Shown here piece after piece: positions 56,623 to 64,000 of a stretch of 64,000 nt of DNA. The notes under the pieces are model-generated. The model was given only the letters and a program-made list of their open reading frames with translations. It made no database searches and was not told the origin of the DNA. The stretch is from an uncultured Fibrobacter sp. (lineage in GTDB: Bacteria; Fibrobacterota; Fibrobacteria; Fibrobacterales; Fibrobacteraceae), in contig CAMKLO010000004.1 in assembly GCA_946413655.1 (NCBI GenBank), positions 38,342 through 102,341 of the forward strand, written 5' to 3'. Each line of letters opens with the position of its first letter. The first letter of the stretch is position 1. A program made the translations under genes and the position numbers.

Positions 56623-56748
56623 ATGAAAACAGAGCAGAAAAAAGAATACAAGGCGCCACAAATGCGTTCCGTCGAACTTAAGCGTCAGGCAAACCTTATG
56701 CAGGTAAGCTTGGGGGGCAAAGACGGCTCAGGCATACAGCTTGGCTAA
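56623..56748 (+). CDS. 41-aa small peptide with a KKEYxAPxM leader-like motif
   Basis: Purine-rich RBS ggaaaggg; MKTEQKKEYKAPQMRSVELKRQANLMQVSLGGKDGSGIQLG; terminator at 56752-56781 directly after the stop. Confidence 0.7.
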   Translation: MKTEQKKEYKAPQMRSVELKRQANLMQVSLGGKDGSGIQLG

Positions 56749-56800
56749 AACAAAAACTCGGCCTAAAAAGTCGAGTCTTTTCATCGTCCATAAAGAATTA

Positions 56801-57226
56801 TTATGCGCGGAGTATTTCGATGAGTTGCTTCGCGTTTTTTTCGATAAGCACGAATGCTTCGAACATGCGGGCCTCGCGCCACTTGGTCAAGTATTTCGTC
56901 TGCCAATCGACAGCAATGGATGCCGGATCCTTGGGACCATTTTCGTTCTGGTACCAGACTTCCTTCGTGATTTCGCGAATCATGGCGCCCATTTCGGCAG
57001 CCGGCTGTACAGATCCCTTGCAGAGGAGAAGCGCGCGCAGGTTGTCGAGTAAAATCTCGTCGGACGGGTTTTCCGCATCTTCGCGGGCGCATTCCCAAAT
57101 TTCGTCGCGATGGCGCTCCGTCCAGCCAATCAGGTATTTTTTCGTCTTTTCGAGTTCGCCTTTGGCCAGTTTTTCATCAACCGCTTCACGCGGGTAATAG
57201 ATGCTGTTTGGATAGAATTCAATCAT
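56801..57226 (-). CDS. conserved hypothetical protein
   Basis: Typical codon usage, RBS-like aggcgg, convergent terminator. Confidence 0.75.
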   Translation of the reverse strand: MIEFYPNSIYYPREAVDEKLAKGELEKTKKYLIGWTERHRDEIWECAREDAENPSDEILLDNLRALLLCKGSVQPAAEMGAMIREITKEVWYQNENGPKDPASIAVDWQTKYLTKWREARMFEAFVLIEKNAKQLIEILRA

Positions 57227-57270
57227 GATTTCCCGCCTTGTGCGAAGTTGAAGCCATGTTAAAAAAACAA

Positions 57271-57353
<83 letters not shown>

Positions 57354-57584
57354 AGGTTGTGCGTGCGTAATATAGAAAATTTAGAGGACTTTATTTGGGA
57401 AAATTAAAAAAACGTATATGGAATTTATCACATTTTTCAATATTAGCATATTTTCTGTTTATAAATGTTTACTTTTGGGGTTCTTTAATATATATTATGA
57501 ATTGGCCTTAATGAAAAAGGTCGTTTTTATTGTTAACTTTGAAACGATATTGTCAATGGAGACTTGTTGCGTGGAGATTTCGGT

Positions 57585-58145
57585 ATGCTGAATGTCGATA
57601 TCAAAAAGAAAGGCTATACGCTGGTAGAAGTCCTCGTCGTTGTGTCGATTTTGGGCATTTTGTCTTCGATGGGCGTTGCGAGCTTGCATAGTGCCGTCGT
57701 CAATAATCGAGTCCGGGGTTATGCGCTGAATACGGCCGCCTTTTTGGAACGTGTCGCCAATGATGCCAACAGAATGTCCAAGACACTTTGCCTCAAGGCA
57801 GACAATGATACGCTCAAGGTTTATGAAGGGGAGTGCAGCAGTTCTTCCTCTGCAACTCCTGTTTTACATGACCGCTTTGAACTGGAATCCCCAGCAACAT
57901 TCAGTTGCTTAAGTGATTATCGAGGCGATATCAACGTGGGAGATGGCTCAGCTGATGATAATGACTGGACTCGCTCAAGCGGCGTTGAATTTAGGCCGCG
58001 TATAGGACTTTCGGCGATGCCCAGCAAGGGATTTGTTTGCATCCAGTATGGTGGTTCCCGTACTTTTGCGGGCGTGAAAAAGACCGCTGACAAGAACCAG
58101 CTTGTCCCGATATGGCATGTGGGTGTCGGTTGGCAGGAATTGTAG
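57585..58145 (+). CDS. type IV prepilin-like protein (FimT/GspH-like)
   Basis: KKKG-YTLVEVLVVV class III signal with E+5. Confidence 0.85.
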   Translation: MLNVDIKKKGYTLVEVLVVVSILGILSSMGVASLHSAVVNNRVRGYALNTAAFLERVANDANRMSKTLCLKADNDTLKVYEGECSSSSSATPVLHDRFELESPATFSCLSDYRGDINVGDGSADDNDWTRSSGVEFRPRIGLSAMPSKGFVCIQYGGSRTFAGVKKTADKNQLVPIWHVGVGWQEL

Positions 58146-58152
58146 GTGCGCT

Positions 58153-58620
58153 ATGACGAATCTTTTGAAGAATAAAAAAGGGTTTGGTATTGTAGAAATC
58201 TTGGTCGCCGCGGCTGTCCTCGGTTTTATGTATATGGCCATTTTGAATATGCAGGGCGGAAACCACGACGCCTTGTTGCGTATTCGCGGTCGTGACGGCG
58301 CTGTCGATGTGGCCCAGCAGGTGCTCGACTCCCTCAAGGCTATCGGTAGTGCGTCTATTCCGTCTAGCTCTGACCCGAACCTTGATACGACTTTTTTGGT
58401 AAACGACATTAACCGCAAGTGGGCTCGCGGCCTTGGCGATTCTGCTACGGTAACATATACTCCTGAGGTGACTGTTTCGGCAACGCAGAATTACACATCG
58501 CAGGACTCGTCGCAGTTCGAGACGATTCGCCATATTTATGCCAAGCAGGTGAAGGTCAAAGTCTCCTGGAACTTCAAAGGCTCCACGCAGTCCATTGAAG
58601 TCTCAAGCATTATAAGATAA
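58153..58620 (+). CDS. type IV prepilin-like protein (PilV/GspI-like)
   Basis: KKG-FGIVEILV class III signal; C-terminal VKVKVSW. Confidence 0.85.
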   Translation: MTNLLKNKKGFGIVEILVAAAVLGFMYMAILNMQGGNHDALLRIRGRDGAVDVAQQVLDSLKAIGSASIPSSSDPNLDTTFLVNDINRKWARGLGDSATVTYTPEVTVSATQNYTSQDSSQFETIRHIYAKQVKVKVSWNFKGSTQSIEVSSIIR

Positions 58621-58633
58621 ATCCTAACCTCTA

Positions 58634-60040
58634 TCACCTATCCCCTAAAAGGTGCATAATGACGGGGCGGTTCTTGCCGTTCTCGGTTTTGTGGATTGTT
58701 AACTTGCCTGTGCTGTCGTAGCTGAACTGTTCTCCGACGCGCTCCCCGTTCACGTACGTAAGGCTGTCGCGCAGTATGCCGCTCGGGTACCAGTTGCGCC
58801 AGATGCCGTGAGGTTTGGATTTGCCGTCAAGAGTTCTTTGCCAAAAACCTTCGCTTGCCATTTTGCCACCCATGCTGTCTGGGTAGAAACTGCGACTCAC
58901 GCGAAGTGCTGGATCGCCATAGCTTGTCGGTGGATCGTCGTATGCCCAAAATTCTTCGTATAAAAGAACGTGTCCAGCCTTGATGTAGCGTAGCGATGCT
59001 GGGTACTTTCCGATATTCTGTTTGAATGCGTCTTTGTAGCTTAAGGTACAACTGTCAAGTGTTCCGCTTGGAGCTGCAGAGCGGACAAACGAAGTCTCGG
59101 CGCAGAACAGCGTAGAAGAATTGGCACAAGTCCCGTAAGAAATGCCTGAGCTTTCTGTAGGTCCGTCTGTTTCTTCGGTAATAAAATTGCTTTCTCGGAC
59201 AACGTTGTTGTTCTCGTCGAACCACTGTATTTTTTCACGCCCCTTGAAATAATCCGACTTTATTTTTTTGATAAGGGAACCATCCGCCCTGTAGGTGGTG
59301 TGTGCACCGAAGTCGACTTCGGAATCGATGAGCCCTTCTTCCTTGAGTTGCGCTTGTTCGCAATTTCCTGCGATTGAATCGACTGGTCCGTATGATTCGT
59401 AGTATTTCTTGTATTCTCCGTCTAAATGGTCATCGGAACATTTAAAGTGCTCTATAATTTTGCAGTTTCGTCCGTAACGCTTGATGTACCCTAGTATTGG
59501 CGATTCGCCAGAAATGCTTCTCGTCAAGTCATGACAGTTGTATTTTTCTTCGGCAAGCACTCCATTGTCGTGCCACTTTTTCCACACGCCTGTGGGGTTT
59601 CCATTGTCGTCATAATGTTCCTCGAATGCTTTTTCGCCGTTGTAGTGCCAGCCTATCCAGTCGCCAACGGGGTGGTCGTCCTTGTAGTAGCGTTCGGCTT
59701 CTTTTTTGCGGCTGTTCAATCTGTCCACAAAGTAGCTTGTCCATTTGCCGTCGCGGAGTCCTTTCTTGTAGTGACCGATCATGGCGACATCGCCAAAGCC
59801 CGTCCAGCGCTTGAATTCTCCGTGCGGAACGCTGTCGTCGTATGGAATTTCGAGCTCCTTGATGCCGTCGTTGTACCACTCGTTGCGTTTGAGTATTGTC
59901 CCGTCCGGATAGACCCAGATAGAGGTCTTCTTGACACCGTTGACATGCCTTGCGATAATCTGTTCTTCGGCACGTTCGACGGTACAGCCGGCGAAACTGC
60001 ATAAAAGGGGTAAAAAAACGAGTAAATAGCGGAGCTTCAT
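58634..60040 (-). CDS. MORN-variant (YwqK-like) repeat lipoprotein
   Basis: Lipobox FAGC; repeated G.W..W..NG motifs; start moved to MKLRY. Confidence 0.8.
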   Translation of the reverse strand: MKLRYLLVFLPLLCSFAGCTVERAEEQIIARHVNGVKKTSIWVYPDGTILKRNEWYNDGIKELEIPYDDSVPHGEFKRWTGFGDVAMIGHYKKGLRDGKWTSYFVDRLNSRKKEAERYYKDDHPVGDWIGWHYNGEKAFEEHYDDNGNPTGVWKKWHDNGVLAEEKYNCHDLTRSISGESPILGYIKRYGRNCKIIEHFKCSDDHLDGEYKKYYESYGPVDSIAGNCEQAQLKEEGLIDSEVDFGAHTTYRADGSLIKKIKSDYFKGREKIQWFDENNNVVRESNFITEETDGPTESSGISYGTCANSSTLFCAETSFVRSAAPSGTLDSCTLSYKDAFKQNIGKYPASLRYIKAGHVLLYEEFWAYDDPPTSYGDPALRVSRSFYPDSMGGKMASEGFWQRTLDGKSKPHGIWRNWYPSGILRDSLTYVNGERVGEQFSYDSTGKLTIHKTENGKNRPVIMHLLGDR

Positions 60041-60075
60041 TGTTCGTAAAGTAGAAAAAAAGGTAATTTCTAGTT

Positions 60076-60861
60076 GTGAACGAGTCGAAGAAAAAGACAA
60101 TTGCAGAAACTCTGCATCTAAAGATTCAAACCCCGTGGGTTTGGCTTGTCTTTGTCCTTACGATTTGCCTGACGGCGTTGTTTTATGTTTCGCAAAAACC
60201 GCAGGTGGCCGTTTATTCCCAATATGTCAAGTCGCTTTGCGATTACCAGTTTGCCGAGGCCTCTCTCATGCGTTCCATGGAACGGGTCCGGAACGGTTCC
60301 GATGTCGATACGTCGGTCGTCATTTCGCAAATGATGACTCTCCGCGAGGTGGCGCTGTCGTTTGACGAAGGAATAAAAAAATTGGAGCATGCGGGTTTTT
60401 CGTCTCCGCCTTCGACCTTGGTCTCGCAGTTCAAGGCGAACGTCCTGGCGAAAGTTTCTTGTCAGCGGCGCTATCTTTCGGAACGTCACGCTTGGTTTGT
60501 CGAACTAGACAATCTCTATCGCGCGATGGAACTTGTATCTGTGGATGCCGACATGCCGCTTGTGCGCAAACTTGATTCTGCCAAGGTGGGGTATGCCGTT
60601 TTGCCCGGTGTGGTGGAAATGCCGATGCCTGTTGAACGAAGCGTAGAATTGCTGCTCCAGAAAAATTTGGAACTTCATAACGCCTGGAACCAGTTTGACA
60701 ATGACAAGGCGCTAAGTTCGAGTGACGAACTCCTGCATTTTTTCCAGATGGAAAACTTGAAGGAAATTTCTTTGTCGGCAAAAGTCCCGTTGGCGTTCTA
60801 TTTCTTGTCTTTGGTACTTTTGCTTGCGACGTTCTTCTTCTTGTTCAAGTCTAGAGAGTAG
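60076..60861 (+). CDS. two-TM protein with an all-helical periplasmic (DAHL-like) domain and no cytoplasmic output
   Basis: TM near each end, helical middle, stop 4 residues after TM2. Confidence 0.65.
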   Translation: MNESKKKTIAETLHLKIQTPWVWLVFVLTICLTALFYVSQKPQVAVYSQYVKSLCDYQFAEASLMRSMERVRNGSDVDTSVVISQMMTLREVALSFDEGIKKLEHAGFSSPPSTLVSQFKANVLAKVSCQRRYLSERHAWFVELDNLYRAMELVSVDADMPLVRKLDSAKVGYAVLPGVVEMPMPVERSVELLLQKNLELHNAWNQFDNDKALSSSDELLHFFQMENLKEISLSAKVPLAFYFLSLVLLLATFFFLFKSRE

Positions 60862-60869
60862 GTTTTTAA

Positions 60870-61460
60870 ATGTCTGTTTTCCGTGTCCGTAAAGTTGCCT
60901 TTATCAATTTTGGTCTATTGTTAATTTTTCTTGCGAGTTGGATTTCGTGGTACATTTATCCGGTGGCGAGGAGCATTACAAAGGAATTCTCTACGGAGTA
61001 TGGCTTTGCCGCTGCTGAATTTGAAGACCATGTCTTTTATGGCAAGGTGAGCTATGCCGCCATACCGAGCCTGTTTGGTGGCTCGAATATTCCTTTTTTT
61101 GACAAGATTTTTTTCCAAATTAACGGGGATTCGGGAGCTACGTTTGTCCTTTATGCAAATGACGAAATTCTCGATCGCATGGCGGAATGGTACGATTTTT
61201 CTGCATCGAACGCAAGCGAGGTGCCGCTCGAAATCTATGCGGTGAAAGTGGGGGACAAGTTTATCGTGAAGTCGATGGCTTCGACGGATGGTGAACTGAG
61301 TTGGGAAGAGCTCTCCGTCGATTATCATTTTTATTGGTGCTTTATGGGGCTTAGCCTAGTTGCCTTTATGATGATTGTGGGGCTAGTGCTTGTGGTCGTC
61401 GGGATTGTGCATAAGCCGAGACCTGCGATATCGCCGGTTTCGGTTGAGAATGCGGAATGA
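60870..61460 (+). CDS. hypothetical two-TM membrane protein
   Basis: N- and C-terminal hydrophobic helices; operonic spacing. Confidence 0.7.
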   Translation: MSVFRVRKVAFINFGLLLIFLASWISWYIYPVARSITKEFSTEYGFAAAEFEDHVFYGKVSYAAIPSLFGGSNIPFFDKIFFQINGDSGATFVLYANDEILDRMAEWYDFSASNASEVPLEIYAVKVGDKFIVKSMASTDGELSWEELSVDYHFYWCFMGLSLVAFMMIVGLVLVVVGIVHKPRPAISPVSVENAE

Positions 61461-62257
61461 TGAAGCGTTATTTTGCTGTGGCGTTTTTGTTGGCGTGTGC
61501 TTTTGTCGCAAATGCGTTTGCCTCGCCTGATTCGCTGATGGTTGATGTTCGGGGGGCGACGGGGACTTTGTCTTTCCAAAGTCCGACGGGAATCTGGTGG
61601 CCGAAGGCGCTGGAAAATGCATCGGCTAAAGGGAAAAAAACGCGGACGGTAAAGCGCCCCCTTACAGTGCGGACTGCTCGCGAAAGTGCTCGTCAATCGT
61701 CCGTGGTTGTATGGTTTCATGGCGGCATGGGGAGTTCGAATTGTGCGAAGGGGCTTGTCGCCGGTGAAGATTTTGCGGATTTTTATCCGGGAAAAATTGT
61801 GGTGAGCGTTTCCGCATGCCGCGAAAATCATTGGGTCACGAAGGGGATGATCGATGCTGTTGATGCGGCATTGGATTCCGTTGCCGCCCGTCGAAAATCG
61901 CCTATAGAAAAGGTTTCGCTGGTGGGTATTTCGGATGGTTCTCTTGGCGTGCTCACTTATTCGCTGGAAGGCCGTCGGGCAGTGGAAAACCGTTTGCTCA
62001 TGAGCTCGTTCGGGGGCTTTTTAGGTGAACCTCAGGCGATTGCGTCGCAGAAGAAAATGCAGTCGGGGAGGTTTCGCTTTTTGCAAGGCGGTAAGGACCG
62101 GCTTTATCCGTCGGATAAAACGGTGTCTTGGATAACGGAATTCTGCAAGGCGGTTCAGGTGGACTGCGAACTGCGGTTCGACCCCGAAGGTGAGCATGAC
62201 TGGTCGTACTGGAAGAATTATCGCATGGACTGGATCCGCGACGCCATCCGTAAATAA
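61457..62257 (+). CDS. exported alpha/beta hydrolase (esterase-like)
   Basis: Signal peptide, WFHGG, GISDG, QGGKD, GEHDWSYW. Confidence 0.8.
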   Translation: MMKRYFAVAFLLACAFVANAFASPDSLMVDVRGATGTLSFQSPTGIWWPKALENASAKGKKTRTVKRPLTVRTARESARQSSVVVWFHGGMGSSNCAKGLVAGEDFADFYPGKIVVSVSACRENHWVTKGMIDAVDAALDSVAARRKSPIEKVSLVGISDGSLGVLTYSLEGRRAVENRLLMSSFGGFLGEPQAIASQKKMQSGRFRFLQGGKDRLYPSDKTVSWITEFCKAVQVDCELRFDPEGEHDWSYWKNYRMDWIRDAIRK

Positions 62258-62353
62258 GTGCCAAAATTAAAGCAACTTTAAAATTGTGAAAATGCAATTG
62301 CTTTTTTTGTGAAAAGCGAGTTTTATTGTTTAGTAAAGGGAATGATATTTATC

Positions 62354-62506
62354 GGTGTGAGAATAGAGCGTCGGCCACAACCTTAAAAGGCGAACGCAGC
62401 GGGGCTGCTTGCAGCCCCATTGCTGAGCCGTAAGGTTGGCGCTTGCGCCAGGATGGGTAAAAAACTCCGAGCTGGGGCCCCGCCCGCATGACGTTCATTT
62501 TGCATT
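62354..62506 (+). ncRNA. candidate structured non-coding RNA (~150 nt), family unknown
   Basis: Closing stem gagcgtc/gacgttc, long hairpin caacctta/taaggttg, two G-CTTG-C tetraloop hairpins. Confidence 0.5.
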
Positions 62507-62552
62507 TCCTTTGACGGTCTTCATAAATAGCCTTATTTATAAACGTCTCCCC

Positions 62553-62582
62553 TTGACAAAAGGGGATTTTTTTTCAAAATTT
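62553..62582 (+). promoter_or_regulatory. probable promoter of tRNA-Leu(CAG)
   Basis: TTGACA, then CAAAAT-like -10 region just upstream of the tRNA. Confidence 0.45.
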
Positions 62583-62592
62583 GGTGCACCAC

Positions 62593-62676
62593 GCGGATGT
62601 GGTGGAACTGGTAGACACGCTAGATTCAGGTTCTAGTGCCTGCAAGGGCATGAAGGTTCAAGTCCTTTCATCCGCA
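62593..62676 (+). tRNA. tRNA-Leu(CAG)
   Basis: GCGGATGTGGTGGAACTGGTAGACAC, ctaga-ttCAGgt-tctag, GGTTCAAGTCC. Confidence 0.95.
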
Positions 62677-62679
62677 CTG

Positions 62680-62709
62680 AAAAACCCGGTAGTTCGCTAT
62701 CGGGTTTTT
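62680..62709 (+). terminator. intrinsic terminator
   Basis: aaaacccggtag-ttcg-ctatcgggtttt. Confidence 0.85.
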
Positions 62710-62830
62710 CGTTTTTGCGTTGTCCCCCCTCGAACTCTGTTCCGGGGCCGCCTTACACGGTTCCTTTTTGCGTCACCCTGAACGGAGTGAAGGGTCCAGT
62801 GACATTCCTTTTTACTAGCATTGAAACGTA

Positions 62831-63448
62831 ATGAGAGCTTCTTTGAACGATATGGAATTCGATAACGAACCTTGCGAATTTGTGCTGCAAGAGGTTGTGG
62901 GCGAGCGTGTCGTGTTGCGCCCGCTTGGCGAACCGGACGTGCAGTCGTTGTTTGAACTCATTGACGGATCGCGCGATTTCTTGTCGAAACACTTGCCGTG
63001 GCCGGACGAATGCCGCTCCGCAGAGGACGTCGCCTCTAGGATTGAATCTTGGGACATGCAGGCGCAGATGGCGAACGGCGCCTGTTGGGGCATTTTCGAA
63101 AAGATTCCGGCTGAAAAAACGGGTGAGCCGCACGAAAAAATCGCAGGCTGCATTATGCTAGGCTGGGTGCAGTGGAAACACCGGTCGGCGACGGTAAGTT
63201 ATTGGCTTGGCGCAAGTTATTGCGGTCGCGGCCTTGCGACGGAAGCGTTGCTGTTGGTCGCTGGCGAGGCTTTTGCGATGGGACTGAACCGCCTTGAACT
63301 ATCGGCGTCGGTCAATAACCCGAAAAGTGCCGCAGTCGCCCGCCGTGCCGGATTTAGCGAAGAGGGAATTTGCCGCGAATACGAACGTATCCACGGGCAT
63401 TTCGAGGACCATATGCGCTTCTCGCTTCTCGCGAAAGATTTTTGCTGA
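62831..63448 (+). CDS. GNAT-family N-acetyltransferase (RimJ/RimL-like)
   Basis: LRPL, L..HLPW, SYWLG..YCGRGLATEA, NPKS.AVA.RAGF..EG. Confidence 0.9.
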   Translation: MRASLNDMEFDNEPCEFVLQEVVGERVVLRPLGEPDVQSLFELIDGSRDFLSKHLPWPDECRSAEDVASRIESWDMQAQMANGACWGIFEKIPAEKTGEPHEKIAGCIMLGWVQWKHRSATVSYWLGASYCGRGLATEALLLVAGEAFAMGLNRLELSASVNNPKSAAVARRAGFSEEGICREYERIHGHFEDHMRFSLLAKDFC

Positions 63449-63471
63449 GCGTTTGCTGCGCTTTCTGCGTT

Positions 63472-63670
63472 CGGGGCGTTGCGGGGGCCCCCGCTAGAAG
63501 GGGTGATGGAAGACTTGCACTAGAATGAGGTGCTCAGTCAAGCCGGGCACAATAGGGCAAGGCTGCAATCAGGGGAAAGCCTTTCCCCCACCAAACCAAC
63601 AATCTACTTCCTACTAACTACTCCACACCCCAAAGGCGCTCTGCGCCGCCCTCACACCCCACACCCTCAC
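63472..63670 (-). repeat. composite dispersed palindromic element (copy 2) followed by heptamer arrays and a CAAA-hairpin element
   Basis: Reverse complement matches blocks in 11109-11229; caaa-ggcgc-tct-gcgcc-gccctca at 63631-63654. Confidence 0.8.
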
Positions 63671-63743
63671 ATGGTTACTTGAGTAAACGCGAAAGTACAT
63701 TTATTGTTTGATATCGCTTTCAAACACTTCTATCTTATAGAGT

Positions 63744-64000
63744 ATGGAAACAGGAGAAAATCGTATAGTTGAACCTGATGTCTTGCAATACACCAACTAC
63801 CGTGTGTATTTGCGTGACTACTATGAGTTCAAGAAGAAGACGGTTCCGGCGTTCAGCCTCCGTTTCTTCGCTGAGAAGGCTGGGCTGTCGAGCCATGCCC
63901 ATTTGAAGCTTACTATCGATGGAAAGCGAAACATTACAAAGAATACGGTTGTTAAGCTCATTCATGGTCTCGGTCTTCAAAACCAGCGAGCCGCATATTT
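63744..64000 (+). CDS. TIGR02147-like family protein, 5' part (runs off the window; missing from the ORF track)
   Basis: Manual translation METGENRIVEPDVLQYTNYRVYLRDYYEFKKKTVPAFSLRFFAEKAGLSSHAHLKLTIDGKRNIT matches the Y..YR.YL.D.Y...FS.R.FA..AG..S...GKR pattern. Confidence 0.85.
   Translation, partial: METGENRIVEPDVLQYTNYRVYLRDYYEFKKKTVPAFSLRFFAEKAGLSSHAHLKLTIDGKRNITKNTVVKLIHGLGLQNQRAAY

Noticed and set aside
58634-60040. Toxin-antitoxin system suggested by YwqK-like repeats
   Set aside because: There is no adjacent toxin gene; these repeats are common in ordinary lipoproteins.
63735-63980. 81-aa minus-strand ORF
   Set aside because: It is the shadow of the plus-strand TIGR02147-like gene starting at 63744.

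Overview
Core chromosomal region of an anaerobic Gram-negative bacterium, most likely Fibrobacter. This is inferred from a TIGR02147-like gene, futalosine-pathway menaquinone genes, many lipoproteins and the codon style. Housekeeping genes: rimO, rpsU, yqeY, tyrS, mreBCD-mrdA-rodA, comF, mqnB/mqnD/ubiE/ubiX/ubiA, birA, tsaD, ftsX-envC-holB-recJ, plus five tRNAs. No transposase, integrase, phage gene or CRISPR array was seen. Five things stand out. (1) About 12 intergenic spacers are filled with polarised 7-nt tandem repeats, often in head-to-head G-rich/C-rich pairs, carrying tiny covarying C-GNA-G hairpins and nested palindromic elements; some of these repeats supply gene stop codons. This is the best candidate for an undescribed micro-mobile or repeat-generating system. 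(2) A ~12 kb, strongly codon-biased OmpA/TPR/TolQ/ExbD/ExbD/TonB-like/beta-barrel operon resembling the Myxococcus Agl-Glt core lies next to mreB. (3) A tandem array of lipoproteins is built from an unnamed 4-Cys domain. (4) A candidate structured ncRNA lies upstream of tRNA-Leu(CAG). (5) There is an unannotated 41-aa YxxP-leader-like peptide gene. All calls come from reading the sequence by eye; no searches or folding programs were run.
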